Shown: positions 36,815 to 50,410, numbered from the stretch's first letter. The stretch: DNA of 64,000 nt from Tubulanus polymorphus (GCF_964204645.1 NC_134030.1:15562110-15626109); one strand, 5' to 3'. Numbers and translations: made by a program. The notes: generated from the sequence alone by a model not told the origin.

Positions 36815-39800
36815 ATGGAAGCAAATAAGTACTACTGTTCAACATGTAATATCAATATAGATAAATCTCAAAAAGCAAGACACAATAAAACTAAAACGCA
36901 TTTAGAAAATAAATTAAAGTTAAAATATAAAGATGATATATTAGAAACTAAATTAGATGAATTAAAGAATGAAAAAGAAACATACAAATGTGATACATGT
37001 AATCAATCATTCAGTGATAAAAGATATTATGATGAAAATTTAAAATCTAAAAGCCATATTAGAAATAAGATTAATGATATTTTAGGTGAAGATTATTTTG
37101 ATAATGATAATGATAAGAAACAGAAGACAATTAAAAGAATAAGAAATAAATTAAACAATAAAAGACCATACATGGAAGATGTAAGAATTATTATAATTCA
37201 TTAGATAATAAAAAAGATATAGAAATAACCGAAGCATTTAAAAGTGATATTGGTCCAGCAGCTATTGAGTTTAAATTTCATAAAGGTAAAACGTTAGAAG
37301 AAAATAAGAAACATTTAGATAGAAAATATGAAGAATATTATAAAAATAATAACTGATGTTGAATACCCTAAAATTAGTATATCTTCTAAAGTAAAGTTTA
37401 TAAAATCTGAAGATAAACCAATATATAATATAAATTCTCATTCACAACATATTATTTCAAAACAACATATAGATGATAAATTAGATAAATGTTATGATGA
37501 AGTAAAAACTAAAATAGAAGAGAAATATTTTGAAGGGTCTGGTTTAATATTTGATGAGATAATATTTATGACTTTACATGTTTATAACACAAAATATAAT
37601 AAGTTAACTAAATCAAAACCAATAGATGAAAATAATGTATCATATTATAAAGAACCAGATATTGAAACATCGAGTTATATTAAACTACCATTTAAAACTA
37701 ATGTTGTAATAAATGTACAAAATTTTGATGATAAATGTTTTCTATGGGCTATAATAAGTTGCTTACACCCAGTTGAAGATTATAAAGAACATAGTTTAAG
37801 ATTAACACATTATAAACCATTTGAAAATAATTATAAGATATATAATTATCCTGTTAGAATTAAAAATATCCCAAAAATAGAAAGAGATAATAATTTAAGA
37901 ATAAATGTATTTGATTTAATCAAATTACCAAAAACAAAAGGTAACAATATAAAACATTATACATTAGAACCTTTATACCTATCAAAAGATTATGATTCAA
38001 ATGATGTTATAGATATACTATATTATGAAAATCATTATATGTGGATTAAACAAATCGATTTATTCTTTAGAACAGAAAGTGATCACCATAATAAAATATA
38101 TCTATGTAGAAAATGTTTACATAAATTCAGTAATGAAAGTACATTATTAAATCATAAACAATTATGTGATAATCATGATTATTGTAAATTAGTTTTACCA
38201 AATGAAAAAGATAAAATATTAGAATTTAAAAAATATGATTACAAAAATAAAGTACCATTCGTTATATATGGAGATTTTGAATCATTAAATAAAGAATTAA
38301 CTGATCAAGATAGAAAAGAAATATATTATAAAAGAAAGAAATTAGATTCTAATGAAAATGATTTTTCAGATGAACCACCAAAAACAAATACAATTGAAAA
38401 GATTCATCAATCAGCTGCTGCTTTCGGGTTATATATAAAATCTGATTATCCAGAACTAATTGAAAGTGAATATTATAATTACAGAAATGAAAATGTTATC
38501 AATCATTTTTGTGACTTATTAATTGAATATGAAATAAGATTTAGTAAATTATTGAATACAAATATAGAAATTATAATGACAGAAGAAGATAAAGAAGAAT
38601 TTGAGTTTGCAGATAAATGTTATTATTGTGAAAAGATATTTAATTATAAAGACAAAAAAGTAAGAGACCATGATCATTTGAATGGAAAGTTAAGAGGCGC
38701 TGCGCATGAGAATTGTAATTTGCAAGGAAAGAAAATCAATTTTATACCAGTTTTACTTCATAATCTATCCGGATATGATGCACATTTATTTATCAAACAG
38801 TTATGTCATAAAATAGAAGAAATTAATAATTAAATAGAAAGATTAAATTCAAATAGATCATAAGATACAATACCAACTTATAAATTTAAAATGTTAGCTA
38901 GAACATCTGAGAATTATATATCATCCCAATTTGGGTGTTTAAGATTTATAGATTCATATAGATTTTTAAATAGTTCATTAGATAACTTATCAAAATCATT
39001 ACTTGATGATGAATTAAAAATATTAAAGCAACACTATCTAATTCTAAAAAAGTACATAGATATATTTCATTTAGTCAATCTAAGTGGTTAGAAAAATATA
39101 TAGATTTTAACACCAAACAGAGAACTGAAGCTAAAACTGATTTTGAGAAAGATTTCTTCAAGTTAATGAATAATGCATTCTATGGTAAGACTTGTGAAAA
39201 TATTAGAAATAGAAATGATATTGAGTTAGTTAGTAATGGTAAAAAATTAGACATTTACAAACATATCCTAAATTTATAGGTAACAGAATATTTGATGAAA
39301 ATTTAGCTGCAGTTAAAATGAGAAGCACATCTATGAAATTTAATAAACCAATTTATGTTGGTGCTTCAGTTTTAGAATTATCAAAGTTATTAATGTATGA
39401 ATTCTATTATAATGTATTACAACCTCATTTTGGAGAAAAACATGTAGAAATCTTATACTTTGATACTGACAGTTACATATTAAAGATAAAAACTAATAAC
39501 ATAACTGATGATTTAAAAACATTAAAACATCATTTTGATTTCAGTAACTATCCTAAAGATCATGAATTGTTTAGCAATGATAATAAAAAAGTTCCTGGTA
39601 AATTCAAAGATGAATTAGGTGGTGAAGAAATGATTGAATTCATTGGTATTAGATCTAAAATGTATTCATATAAAACTAAAGAACATGAAGCTAAAAAGTT
39701 AAAAGGAATTACCAAAAGCGTTGTTGAAAAGAATATTCATTTCAAAGATTACATCAATTGTATATTCAATGAAGAAGTTAGAAAACATAAGATGAGGTGT

Positions 39801-39995
39801 TTAAGATCTGAAGATCATGAAATGTTTATTGAAGAGATAGAAAAGATAAGTCTAAACCCATTTGATGATAAAAGATATATTCTGGATGATGGAATTCATA
39901 CAGTTGCATATGGTTGCAATTTAGATGAATACTTAAAATTTAAAAGAGAAGAAACAAAAGAGAACGAGATTATGAACAGGATTCTAACGTGTTAA
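36815..39995 (+). pseudogene. polB: pPolB of element C; frameshifts, stops and an internal deletion at ~39038 removing ExoIII and motif A
   Basis: ORFs 36815-37204, 37328-38833, 38891-39091 and 39318-39995; KQHY-encoding DNA joined directly to the ILKKVHRY-encoding region. Confidence 0.92.
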
Positions 39996-40024
39996 TCAAA
40001 TTTTAATAAAAATATGTTATCAAA

Positions 40025-40378
40025 ATGGAGAGTAAACAAGCGCACAGTTAGTACAACAAAATATTTCTAGATAGAATAAAAGATACTTCAAATGTCAAAT
40101 CAGATGATTATAAGTTTAAGAAGTTAAAAGAATTAACGATCCATAAGAAATATCTAATTACAAATATTGATAAAGTTACTTATAGATATGGTAGTAAATT
40201 AGTTATCCACTTAGAATATGAAGGATTAAAAGGAAATACATATAAATTCAGAACATATTTACCAGATAGATTTCATAGATTATCAAGTGAAGATTTAGAA
40301 GAATTACGTTCTGGAGATTTCTATTTCATATACAAAGGTAAGAATGAAAAAGGGCACCATGAAATAGATTTCGAATAA
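40025..40378 (+). pseudogene. Homolog of the 117-aa protein, early stop codon
   Basis: Colinear with 23372-23725 and 56778-57131. Confidence 0.65.
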
Positions 40379-40392
40379 ATTATGTAAAATAA

Positions 40393-41130
40393 ATGGTAGA
40401 ATTAAAAGAATACAGAATATTTGTTGATTCTAGAAGACTTACAAATTATAAATCACATAATTTACTAGGACAATTAGATAGAGAATTTAAGAATTGTGTA
40501 GATTTAAAATTAGTTAATATAAGTTTATGTAATTCTTTTTATAATGTATCGGATAAAAGTCTTGATCATAATTCTTTTATGATTCATGTAAGGAGAAATA
40601 ATAAATGGTATCATCTATATTCAAGACCAGGATTATATAATTTAGAGACTTTAGCGCAAGAAATTAATAGAAAAGCTAAAACAAAAATGAGCGCGGCTGC
40701 TGGATTTTGAATTAAATTTTTAAAAAGTGATAATAATAATAAATTAAGAATAAAGTTAGCTAATGAAGAACAACAGAAATTTATAGTGAGAAAACCATTA
40801 TCGATACTGTTAGGAATTACACCAAATAAACTTTATTCAAATGTTGATTCTACACCAAATATAATGCACATTTTTACACATTTGTGTATTTATTGCAATT
40901 TAATTGATCCTACAAAAACATTTGAAGCAACTAAAGATACAACATGTAATTCTAGTATATTAAATATTTTACCATTGAAGAATGTTAAACAATTTGGAAC
41001 TCAAATAAATTATAATTTAGCTGAATGTGATTTTAAACCTTGTATACCACAATTTAATAATTTTAAATTAGAAATAAGAAATCATAATGAATATTTAATT
41101 GATTTAAATAACTTTCCTGTAATTTATTAA
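40393..41130 (+). pseudogene. Minor capsid protein (penton) with an in-frame stop
   Basis: ORFs 40393-40710 and 40786-41130 are in one frame; homologous to the A and D copies. Confidence 0.7.
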
Positions 41131-41170
41131 TTAGTTATAAGATGTAGAGAGTAATTTTTTTATTATATAA

Positions 41171-41527
41171 ATGAATATAACTGTTGGACCGAGTATATGT
41201 TTTGGGTTTGATTTTAAACGTGAGAAAGAAATGAAATTTAACATTAATGATGTAATTATACATATTAAAAATATTGCATTTTCTAATGAAACAACATTTG
41301 AGTATGAAAAAACAATAAATAAAGAAACTTCAAATGTAGAAAAGATTACTAATTTAATTAGAGAATCTTTAAGATTTTATATAATTAGATGAAGATTTTA
41401 TCATCGATGATATTAAAGAAATAATAATTGAAATATATACAAATGAAACTAGTAATGAAATAAATGTTGAATTAATCATAAATAAGTTAACTAAATATTT
41501 TGAAGAAGGTTATTTTTTTGATAGATA
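41171..41527 (+). pseudogene. Homolog of the 112-aa hypothetical protein
   Basis: Colinear with 22247-22585; frameshift. Confidence 0.6.
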
Positions 41528-41528
41528 A

Positions 41529-41750
41529 ATGAGTGATAATAAGTGGATAATAACTGGTTTATATAATGGAGCATTATTATCAGTGGGAACTGTTGGTTAT
41601 TCAATGGTATTAAAAAAAGTATTCAAAATGGGAAGTGTTAATGTTGATAGATTTGATATAAATGATATCTTAAAATTAACATTAGCAGTTACTTTATCTA
41701 ATTTAACTATTGATTATTTGGAAAAACAAAAATATATTCCTCCCATATAA
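41529..41750 (+). CDS. 73-aa hydrophobic hypothetical protein
   Basis: Intact, conserved with A. Confidence 0.7.
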   Translation: MSDNKWIITGLYNGALLSVGTVGYSMVLKKVFKMGSVNVDRFDINDILKLTLAVTLSNLTIDYLEKQKYIPPI

Positions 41751-41774
41751 ATGCGTAATTATTTTAGTAAATAA

Positions 41775-42197
41775 ATGGCTTCTGCAATTATAACTATTAT
41801 AGGATCGGCAATTGTTAACGCTTTAGCATTTACTGGTGGTGGTTATTTATTTAAGCATGTTGATAAAAATAGTTCATTAGGATAACAAAGAAGACATAAC
41901 TTAGCATTAGAGAAATACAATAAAGCTGCAGAAGAATATAGAGAAAAGAGACAAAACTATATGGATTATATTAACAAAGAATTATATGATCAGAAGATTT
42001 CACATAGAGATTTTCAATCAGTTGATGATGCAATGAGTTTATATAACGCGGTAACCAATAAAGAAAAATTACATCTATACAAACCTAAATTATCAGATTA
42101 TTATACCCCAAGTAAAGAACAACAGAAATATGAAATAATTTGGATTTTAGGCGGAACAGTTATTGTTATATTTGTAGCATATAAATTTACTAATTAG
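41775..42197 (+). pseudogene. Membrane-associated hypothetical protein (MASAIITIIG...), disrupted
   Basis: Homolog of 58031-58444. Confidence 0.65.
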
Positions 42198-42215
42198 TAA
42201 TTTTTTGCTAAATAA

Positions 42216-42650
42216 ATGGATGATAAAGTTGATAATATTGATACGATTCCTCATGATATAAATAAAACTAAATTAAAAATATATTTAGAAAAACAAATAT
42301 TAGAATTTGAAAATGATTTAAAAGTTAAAAAGAAAAAATATTTAAAAAGTAAAATTATATATTATTTTATTATCAGTGGTTCGGTTACAATTAGTTCTGT
42401 AATAATATTTCTAGCAATATTCAGTCCATTAACACCTTTAGCTATATCAATTGGTGTATTAGGATTAAGTTCAAGTGGTTTAACCGGTATAAGTTCAAAA
42501 TTAAATATAAAAAGTAATAAAGAAAAAATTAAAACTAATATAAAAGAAATTAATAAATTAAAAAATACACTAGATTATATAATGAGTTTAAATGGCCATA
42601 TAACAGTTGAAGAACAAGATAAATTATTTAAAGAATTAATAAATTATTAA
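42216..42650 (+). CDS. 144-aa two-TM hypothetical protein
   Basis: Intact ORF with two hydrophobic helices flanked by coiled-coil-like segments. Confidence 0.7.
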   Translation: MDDKVDNIDTIPHDINKTKLKIYLEKQILEFENDLKVKKKKYLKSKIIYYFIISGSVTISSVIIFLAIFSPLTPLAISIGVLGLSSSGLTGISSKLNIKSNKEKIKTNIKEINKLKNTLDYIMSLNGHITVEEQDKLFKELINY

Positions 42651-42666
42651 TTTTTTTATTATATAA

Positions 42667-43983
42667 ATGGGGTTTCCAAAAGCTTTCCAATATAATAAAT
42701 CAATAAAATATAATATTCCTGCAATAGATTTTAACAAAAATATTACATATAAAAATGTAGTTTTAAATTCATTAACTAATTTAGAAATTTATGTTACTGA
42801 ATCACAGTTTTTTATTTCTAAAATTGAAAATATATTTAATACATATGAAGTTACTTTTACTCGAGATGAATATCATATATATCAAGTAAAATCTAATATG
42901 AAATATTGGCAGAACCAATTAAATTTTGCTGTTTATTGTGCAACAACTGGTTGTGGTATAAGTTGGAATGATCATTTAAATAACTTAGATAAAAATTTGA
43001 ATTATTCTGATTTAAAATTGATTCACACAATATTTAGATTTCACACATATTTTCAAATTAGAATAATATTAAATGAATTAGAATGTCCTTTACCCGGATC
43101 TAAATATTTTAAAGAATTGGACAATAATATTAATCTATCTAAGTTTTATAAAATATGTAATGAATTTAATATAAATATTAAATCCGATTTTAGAGCGCAT
43201 GGTAAATTGCAAGGTATTGGTGAACAGTATGAAATAAAAAGAATTGATGATATAAGAAAAGATTATATGCATAGAATTGGAGCTTATCATAATTATAAAA
43301 TTGATAATAATAATGATTGGGTTGATTTCATTTTAGAAAATAGTGAAGGTTTTACAAAATCAGGTATACAAAGAATAAATCAATCTATTAGAACTTATTT
43401 GATATGTATTTTAGGTGCGCAAGTTGAAACAAGATCCCCAATAATTGGAAATTTAAATACATCATTTGATACACAGAAACAATTCAAAGTATTATTTGAA
43501 GATTCAATTCATAATGATAAAAATAGATCGATTCCAGAAAACATTGTAAGATATCAAAATTATTTAGATAAATCTCATGTAAGACTAAATTATTCTATAG
43601 GCCCTAATCTATTTATTATTTCTAATGATTTAGTATTAAAGATGGGAAATATAATTGGTTATAATAATCTAATTAAAACTGCAACAATAATTAATACATT
43701 TGGATTAAATGATATAAATAAAAAGATTATTACTCCTCCAAAATTAATGGAAGGTGAAAAAAATAAAAAACATATTCAATCAACAGAAACTAAAACTAAG
43801 AATATTAGATTAAATAATGATTCTAAAATAAAAGATTACAATACATCAGGAAATATAAAAACTAATAATATTCAAGATGATATAATTAAAACTAATGATG
43901 ATAATAAATCCCATGAAAATGTTAAATTAGCTTTAACTTGTATAGGAATTGTTATAGGAGGAATATTATATTTTGAATTTTAA
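42667..43983 (+). CDS. 438-aa conserved Maverick protein with C-terminal TM anchor
   Basis: Intact ORF; homologs in A and D. Confidence 0.75.
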   Translation: MGFPKAFQYNKSIKYNIPAIDFNKNITYKNVVLNSLTNLEIYVTESQFFISKIENIFNTYEVTFTRDEYHIYQVKSNMKYWQNQLNFAVYCATTGCGISWNDHLNNLDKNLNYSDLKLIHTIFRFHTYFQIRIILNELECPLPGSKYFKELDNNINLSKFYKICNEFNINIKSDFRAHGKLQGIGEQYEIKRIDDIRKDYMHRIGAYHNYKIDNNNDWVDFILENSEGFTKSGIQRINQSIRTYLICILGAQVETRSPIIGNLNTSFDTQKQFKVLFEDSIHNDKNRSIPENIVRYQNYLDKSHVRLNYSIGPNLFIISNDLVLKMGNIIGYNNLIKTATIINTFGLNDINKKIITPPKLMEGEKNKKHIQSTETKTKNIRLNNDSKIKDYNTSGNIKTNNIQDDIIKTNDDNKSHENVKLALTCIGIVIGGILYFEF

Positions 43984-43998
43984 TTTTTTATTATATAA

Positions 43999-45251
43999 AT
44001 GGAAGAAGATAAGATATTCCAATGGATACTTTTGGTGACGCCCCCGGTATAAGTGATGAACCACAACCTGATTTTAATGAAACTAATATTGATAATGATG
44101 ATGAATCAGCATATAATACTAATTTAGGTGAAGATGATTCATGGTTTTATAAAGTTGAATTAAATAACGAAACTGTATCAATTCAATTATCTAAAATGGG
44201 ACAAGAAGGTCGGTACCATCCTGAAATGCGTGCAGGATCTTCAATTGAACGTTCAAAAGGTGGTAGAGAATTTCTCAGAATTATATGGAATGCAATCGAT
44301 AGAATAAATGAAGAAGAACCAATTCCTAAAATTGATATTAACAAATATTCACCATTTAAAAATCCAAATTTAAATCCTCCTGATGATGATCCAGAAATGG
44401 AAGAGTATGGAGATCGATTAGATAAATTAAGATCTTCAACACCCGAAACATCGAGAAGAGATATTCAACAAATTGATAATGATCCAAGTCAATTACAATT
44501 AGTAAAACATTTTGATAGCATGTTAGATATAATTCATTCATTTGAAGTAGAGATGAATAGTGCTTTAGATACACCCGGTGCTGAAACTGGAATAAATCGA
44601 ATACAATCTTTACTAGAAAAAGGATTATTTGATTTAAATGATGATGAATTAGAAGCATTTCCTGAACAAGCGCGTAGGGAAATTAAAGGTATGCAAGAAT
44701 CAGCTGTTAAAATTGCGCATGAAAAAAGTAAAAGAGATATTAAAATTAGATTTTTAGAAAAAGATAGAACTGATAAAATTAAAGAAATAGAACAACTAAA
44801 ATTAGATAGAGATAATAAAGTTATTGAAGAAATTGAATTTAAAAAAAGAAATGCATATTTTTTAACAATAACAATTCTTTCAATTCTAACAGCTGTAACT
44901 ATGGTATTCACAACAATACGTTTAGCAATATCAAATTCACTGAAATCTACGCCTACTCCCAATAAACCGGATAAACCCCCGAATGATAATAATTCTATAC
45001 AAGATAAAGTTAAAGATCGTTTAAAGAAATTAGCAAAATATTTATGGGAACTATCTAAAAAATCTGCTGCAGCTTTACCAGGAATTATTGCATCAATTGT
45101 TGGTTTTATATTGAAATCTGCAGGGAATATTCTTAACTTTGCTGCTGAACATGTTATTTTATTTTTAATTACAGTTGTAAGTGCAATTATTTTTGTATTA
45201 GTGAATATGATATCAAAAAATTATCAAGTAAACATGATAAAAAATAAATAA
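43999..45251 (+). pseudogene. Acidic/coiled-coil protein with C-terminal TM helices (main ORF 44022-45251)
   Basis: The ATAAATG start at 43999 is out of frame with the 409-aa ORF; C-terminus shared with A. Confidence 0.65.
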
Positions 45252-45271
45252 TTAAATGTTTTGTTAAATAA

Positions 45272-46518
45272 ATGAGTGAAAGTTATATAAATCCTTCTAA
45301 GAATCATAGAATATCTAATGCTATTAAAGCAGAAAGATCACATCATATAATTACTCATAACCCTTCTAATATTAATCCTGATGAAACTTTATATGTTAGA
45401 ATTCCTCGATTAACAGAAAATACTTTTTATGTTCCAAATAGTATTTATTTATCAGCTGATATAAAAGTAACCGGTAATAATAATTATGTTGTTGATAATG
45501 TTGGAAGATATTTGATTAAAAAATTAACTATAAAGATTGGTCCAGAAACAGTTTTCTCATTAGATGATTATAATTTATTTATGCATTATAAAGATTTATG
45601 GTTAACAAAGGAAAATAGAAATAATATGATATTTCAAGGAATCCAATCAGAAAACCAAAATAAATTAAGATCAGAAGTCAATAATGCAGTAGTAGCCAAT
45701 GATGTAGATAATTTGAAAAAAAAAAGATTTATGGAAGCAAATATAAAATTCCATTAGATTTTGAATTGATAAATAATAATGCACCTTTGTATAAATACGC
45801 AATTCAAGAAGATGTTATATTTGAGATAACTTTTGCTCCTGTTAATGAAATTTTAATATCAAGTATAAGTAAAGATATGAGTTATAAATTATCGAATATA
45901 TGTTTAGAATATGATACGTTAACTGATGAAAATATTGCTAACACAATTCAAACTCAATACAATCAAGGATTTTCATTATTATATGATTATATTGATAAAT
46001 TTTAAACTCTAACTATTAATGGAAGTGATGAAATTATTAATGAGAATATTAACTTCCCAAGAAGATCTATTAAAGGTATATTAATATTTTTTACCATTGC
46101 AACATATACTAATGGCGCAATACAGGTTGATAAGTATTATAATCCTGAAATAACAAAAGTAGAAATAACTATCGAAGGAATAGCAAATAAAATATTTTGT
46201 CAAGGAATGAGAATGATAGATCAATGGCCAGAAATTAGAAAACATTTTATGAATGAAAAAGTAAAATCATCTGAAAATTGTAATATTAATCAAATTGATT
46301 ATTATACCGGCAATAAATATGCATTATGGTTAGATTTTAGAACAACAGAGGATAATTCATTACATGGTTCTGGAAAAAAACTACAGAACAATAAAGATGG
46401 AATACAATTATTCATGGCAAAGAAAAGAGGAGACAAAAATTTCAAAATGCACATTTATATTATATCTGACGCACAATTAAATATTGTAAATTCTCAATTA
46501 AATAGTGTTATGTATTAG
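45272..46518 (+). pseudogene. Major capsid protein (double jelly-roll), frameshift and stop
   Basis: ORFs 45272-45757, 45766-46005 and 46207-46518 form one ~415-codon gene. Confidence 0.72.
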
Positions 46519-46550
46519 AATTTTAATTTCAATAAAAATTTATATAATAA

Positions 46551-47414
46551 ATGGAAGGAGTTAAAGTATATAAACATATTCCATACATCGATACACATGA
46601 AAATAATGATGGCTTATATTATGTAATACCTTGTAATATAGCTTTGATATTTGATCCTATTTTCAAAATTTATAAAACTAAACTAATAGAAATCGATAAT
46701 AATAAAAGTGGTGTTGTTGATAATTTAAGTAATGTAATTGATAATAATGTAATACCTTCTACATCTAATAATGTTATACCTTCTACATCTAATAATGTAA
46801 TACCTTCTACGTCTAATAATGTTTTACCTTCTACATCTAATAATATAATACCTTCTACATCTAATAATGTTTAACCTTCTACATCTAATAATGAAATAAT
46901 ATTAAATATTAGTAAAAATAGAAATTATTGTGGATATTGTAATGGTGAATTTTCAAACGCTCCATCAAATTGGAATAAACATATGAATACAAAGGTACAT
47001 ATGACTAATGTAATAGAACGTGTTGGTTTAAGAGAATTTATAGAACACCCATTTATATATGTTACAAAGTTTGTTTCAAATAAAAAAGTAAATGGTAAAG
47101 ATTGATATGAAGATTTATTATTAGCAACACCTAATAAAGATGAATTAGATTTAACCGATGCTAATAAAATATTAGGATTAAACATTGTAAATGAAATGTT
47201 GGAGTCAAACACTAAGAAAGATGATTATGAAAATATAGTTACGGGAAAGCGTATTGATAATAAAGATTCTATGAAACGTGAAGTAGAAAATAAAGATACA
47301 GTTTGGATGAATAAGTATATCAATAAAACAACTATTGATGATGATACGGTAGAGAGTTTGAATAAATTGTTAGGGCCTGATAGTGAAAGTGATTCAGATA
47401 TTAATTATATTTAA
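46551..47414 (+). pseudogene. Zinc-finger protein with NNVIPSTS tandem repeats; two in-frame stops
   Basis: 24-bp repeat at ~46743-46892; read-through gives YCGYCNGEFSNAPSNWNKHMNTKVH; same frame as 47196-47414. Confidence 0.6.
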
Positions 47415-47471
47415 CTCAAATAATAATGTTGGTTGAAAATTGTATAAAATGATAGTTAATAAAAAAGGGCT

Positions 47472-48146
47472 TTATGTATTAGGGTATCTAATAGGGTATC
47501 TACTAGGGTATCTAATACATAGGTATATAAATAGTAATTTTATAAATTTATATTTATATGGAAATTGTAGTCTCAGTAATAATTTTGAACCTTTACTATT
47601 CTTTAATTCATTCATATATTCATCCTGTAATTCAATAGGTATAATTTGATTTTCTTCTAATGATTGTTGCATAGATTTTCTATCTTTGTTATAAAATAAA
47701 ACAAGAAATCTTATATTCTCCCTAAAGTCTTTAACAATTGAATTATATTTTTGATTTAAAACCCATGTTGTTATCCCGAAATGTCTCCCAGAGAAAGCTA
47801 AATAACATAACTCACTTTCTCTCACTTTTGAATCATGTAAATTTGCGCAATCATCTATAATGAATAATGTATTTAATGCTTTATAAGTATCAATTGCTAT
47901 TTTAATACAATTATCTAAATTTTCTTTTACTGTTTTAGGATCTAATATAATAAACTTTTTTATCTTAACAATATCTCTATTATATTTTTTATTCATTTCA
48001 TATGTAGGACAGAATAATATTATATTATCAAAATGATTCTTATAAATAGTTTCTAACAAATCTAATATGAAATGTGTTTTACCACAGTTGGTTACCCCAG
48101 TAACAAACATATTATGCGGTTCAAATATAAATAAATCTTTATTCAT
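47472..48146 (-). CDS. A32/FtsK-like packaging ATPase
   Basis: GVTNCGKT, FIIDD, GRH motifs. Confidence 0.9.
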   Translation of the reverse strand: MNKDLFIFEPHNMFVTGVTNCGKTHFILDLLETIYKNHFDNIILFCPTYEMNKKYNRDIVKIKKFIILDPKTVKENLDNCIKIAIDTYKALNTLFIIDDCANLHDSKVRESELCYLAFSGRHFGITTWVLNQKYNSIVKDFRENIRFLVLFYNKDRKSMQQSLEENQIIPIELQDEYMNELKNSKGSKLLLRLQFPYKYKFIKLLFIYLCIRYPSRYPIRYPNT

Positions 48147-49237
48147 TTATTCTTTTAATTTTACTAGATAAAATCCATTCATTAAATTTATCATCATACC
48201 CTTTATATTTCACCAAAGAATACTTTTTTCCTTTAAGAGTTTTTGTTTTCAATACTTTTTCTATTTTATATTCTATATCGTCTGGATTTGGTACAAGTGA
48301 TAATTCTTGTTCATAGAAATAACCTAATATTTCTTCATCTTTTATATCTTCTAATTTATAAACAAAAGGTTTAGTTAATATTATCTTTTTAATCTTGAAT
48401 ATATCTTCAGTAAAATTAGGGGTATAACCTTTGTAAAAGGTTTTTCGATATTTAGATATTCTAACGTGTTGTCCAATTTCAAATCTAGGTTCGCCGAAAT
48501 CATGTGTAACAAACGCACCATATAAATTATTCCAAACTATTTCTGAATTATCTTCTTTTCTGGCTTGTATAGGTTTCATATTTATAGAACTATGTTTAGA
48601 ATTATTATAACCTTTCACTAAATCATCTAACACATCGATATAATTATATGTTTCATTAGCAGTAAAATATTTCCACATTCTAGTTTTCAATGTTTTATTG
48701 AATCTTTCTATAATAGATGCTTTTTTATCTGAATGTGTTGAAAAATATTTTACATCGTTATCAGATAATAGTTTTTTGAAATGTTTATTATAGAATTCCT
48801 TACCTTCATCAAATTGTATCTTATCTGGAAGAGCTTCTTTAAATATTGATTTAAAAGCATTTGTTACTTCTATACCAGTTTTATTTTTGATTGGAATTGA
48901 CCATGCGTATCTACTGAATATGTCTATAACATTTAATATCCAGAAATATCCTTTGTTGTGTTCTTCTAAGTTCTTCAAGTCAATTAAATCAGCTTGCCAT
49001 TGTTGATCGCTATATGAAACCATAACTTTTCTTTAAATAAGTTTTATCCATTTTCGCGTGGATTTGATATGTTGGTTGATTTTGTAACCATGATTTTAAT
49101 TCACTATATTTTATATTTTCATTATCAGATTTAATTTTATTCCATAATTCTGAAACGTTAGAATATGATACTTCACTTTCTGGGTTATAATATAAATCTC
49201 TTAAATATTGATCTTTTTTCATCTTATTTAAATCCAT
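48139..49237 (-). pseudogene. int: Chromodomain integrase, frameshift near 49020
   Basis: DDE motifs and chromodomain in 48139-49023; N-terminus in 49010-49237. Confidence 0.92.
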
Positions 49238-49587
49238 TAATAATAATTTAGATTTAATTTAGAATTTATGAGTTGACTTATTTTCTGGTATAATAGGTTT
49301 ATTATCATTGGAATCATCTTTATCATCAGATTTGAATTTTGATTTATATATTACACCAGATAATATAATAATTGTGATTAACCCAATTGTAATATATAAG
49401 TAATTATTTCTTCCAGCATTAGAAGAATTAGATGGATTGTTATTTGAATCAATATCAGATAATTTCTGTGATTCCTTTATATCAGTTAATTTCTTTTTCT
49501 TAGCTTTTTTTTAATTCTGCAGATCTTTTACCTAATTCCCTTGCCCATTTAATTTGTTTCTCGGATCTAGGCTTATTCTTAACGCCA

Positions 49588-50193
49588 TCACTCATTTATT
49601 TTAGTTAATTTTTGTTCCGATTCATTTTCTGTTTCGCCGTTTGGTTGTAGTACAGCGCCATCTGCTTCGTTCTTACCTGATTTATATTCCATAGGTTTGA
49701 TATTCGAAAATGTTATGACACCATTAGAAATTAATGTCATAACCGTTCCTAATTGGAATGAAGCATATCCGACCCATTTTTGTAATTCAGTCATAACTAA
49801 ATAGTCATTTTTCAAATCAGTAGATAATTCATTTTCATCATCAATTGACATTAACCGGTTACATAACTTAGAATAACATTTGACAATACCATCTGAAATA
49901 GAATCATTTACTCTAGCTAATCTAGCTTCATAAATCTTAAAATATTTTATTACTTTATCTGGTTTCATAGAATCTAATTCTTGAAAAGTTATTATTTTCC
50001 CGATAAACTGATTACATTTACCACTAGCAATTAATAATTCTAGATGGTGCTTACAATATAAGTAGTATTCATAATCAATATTGTTATTAACTTGAATAGA
50101 ATTAGAAACAACTGGATCCTTATTATCACTTATACCCAAATCATCTATTGTTTTTTCAATATCAATACTATTCTTACTCGATTTCTTTGACAT
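49588..50193 (-). CDS. 201-aa conserved Maverick hypothetical protein
   Basis: Intact ORF, ATAAATG start, homolog in A. Confidence 0.7.
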   Translation of the reverse strand: MSKKSSKNSIDIEKTIDDLGISDNKDPVVSNSIQVNNNIDYEYYLYCKHHLELLIASGKCNQFIGKIITFQELDSMKPDKVIKYFKIYEARLARVNDSISDGIVKCYSKLCNRLMSIDDENELSTDLKNDYLVMTELQKWVGYASFQLGTVMTLISNGVITFSNIKPMEYKSGKNEADGAVLQPNGETENESEQKLTKINE

Positions 50194-50410
50194 TTATATT
50201 AGAGAAATTTAATAAGAAAAATATTATAAGTATTATAAAATGATACTAGTATCTCTTTAGCTTAATACTAAATTGACTAGGTTAGTTAAAGTTAAAGAAT
50301 TTCTATTCAATCTAGTGTCAATTAGAATTACCAAAAGGAAATATTAAAATTATAATAGAATTCACTAGCTAGTTGAAGTAATTGTTTTTTAAATACTTTT
50401 TATTTAAATT

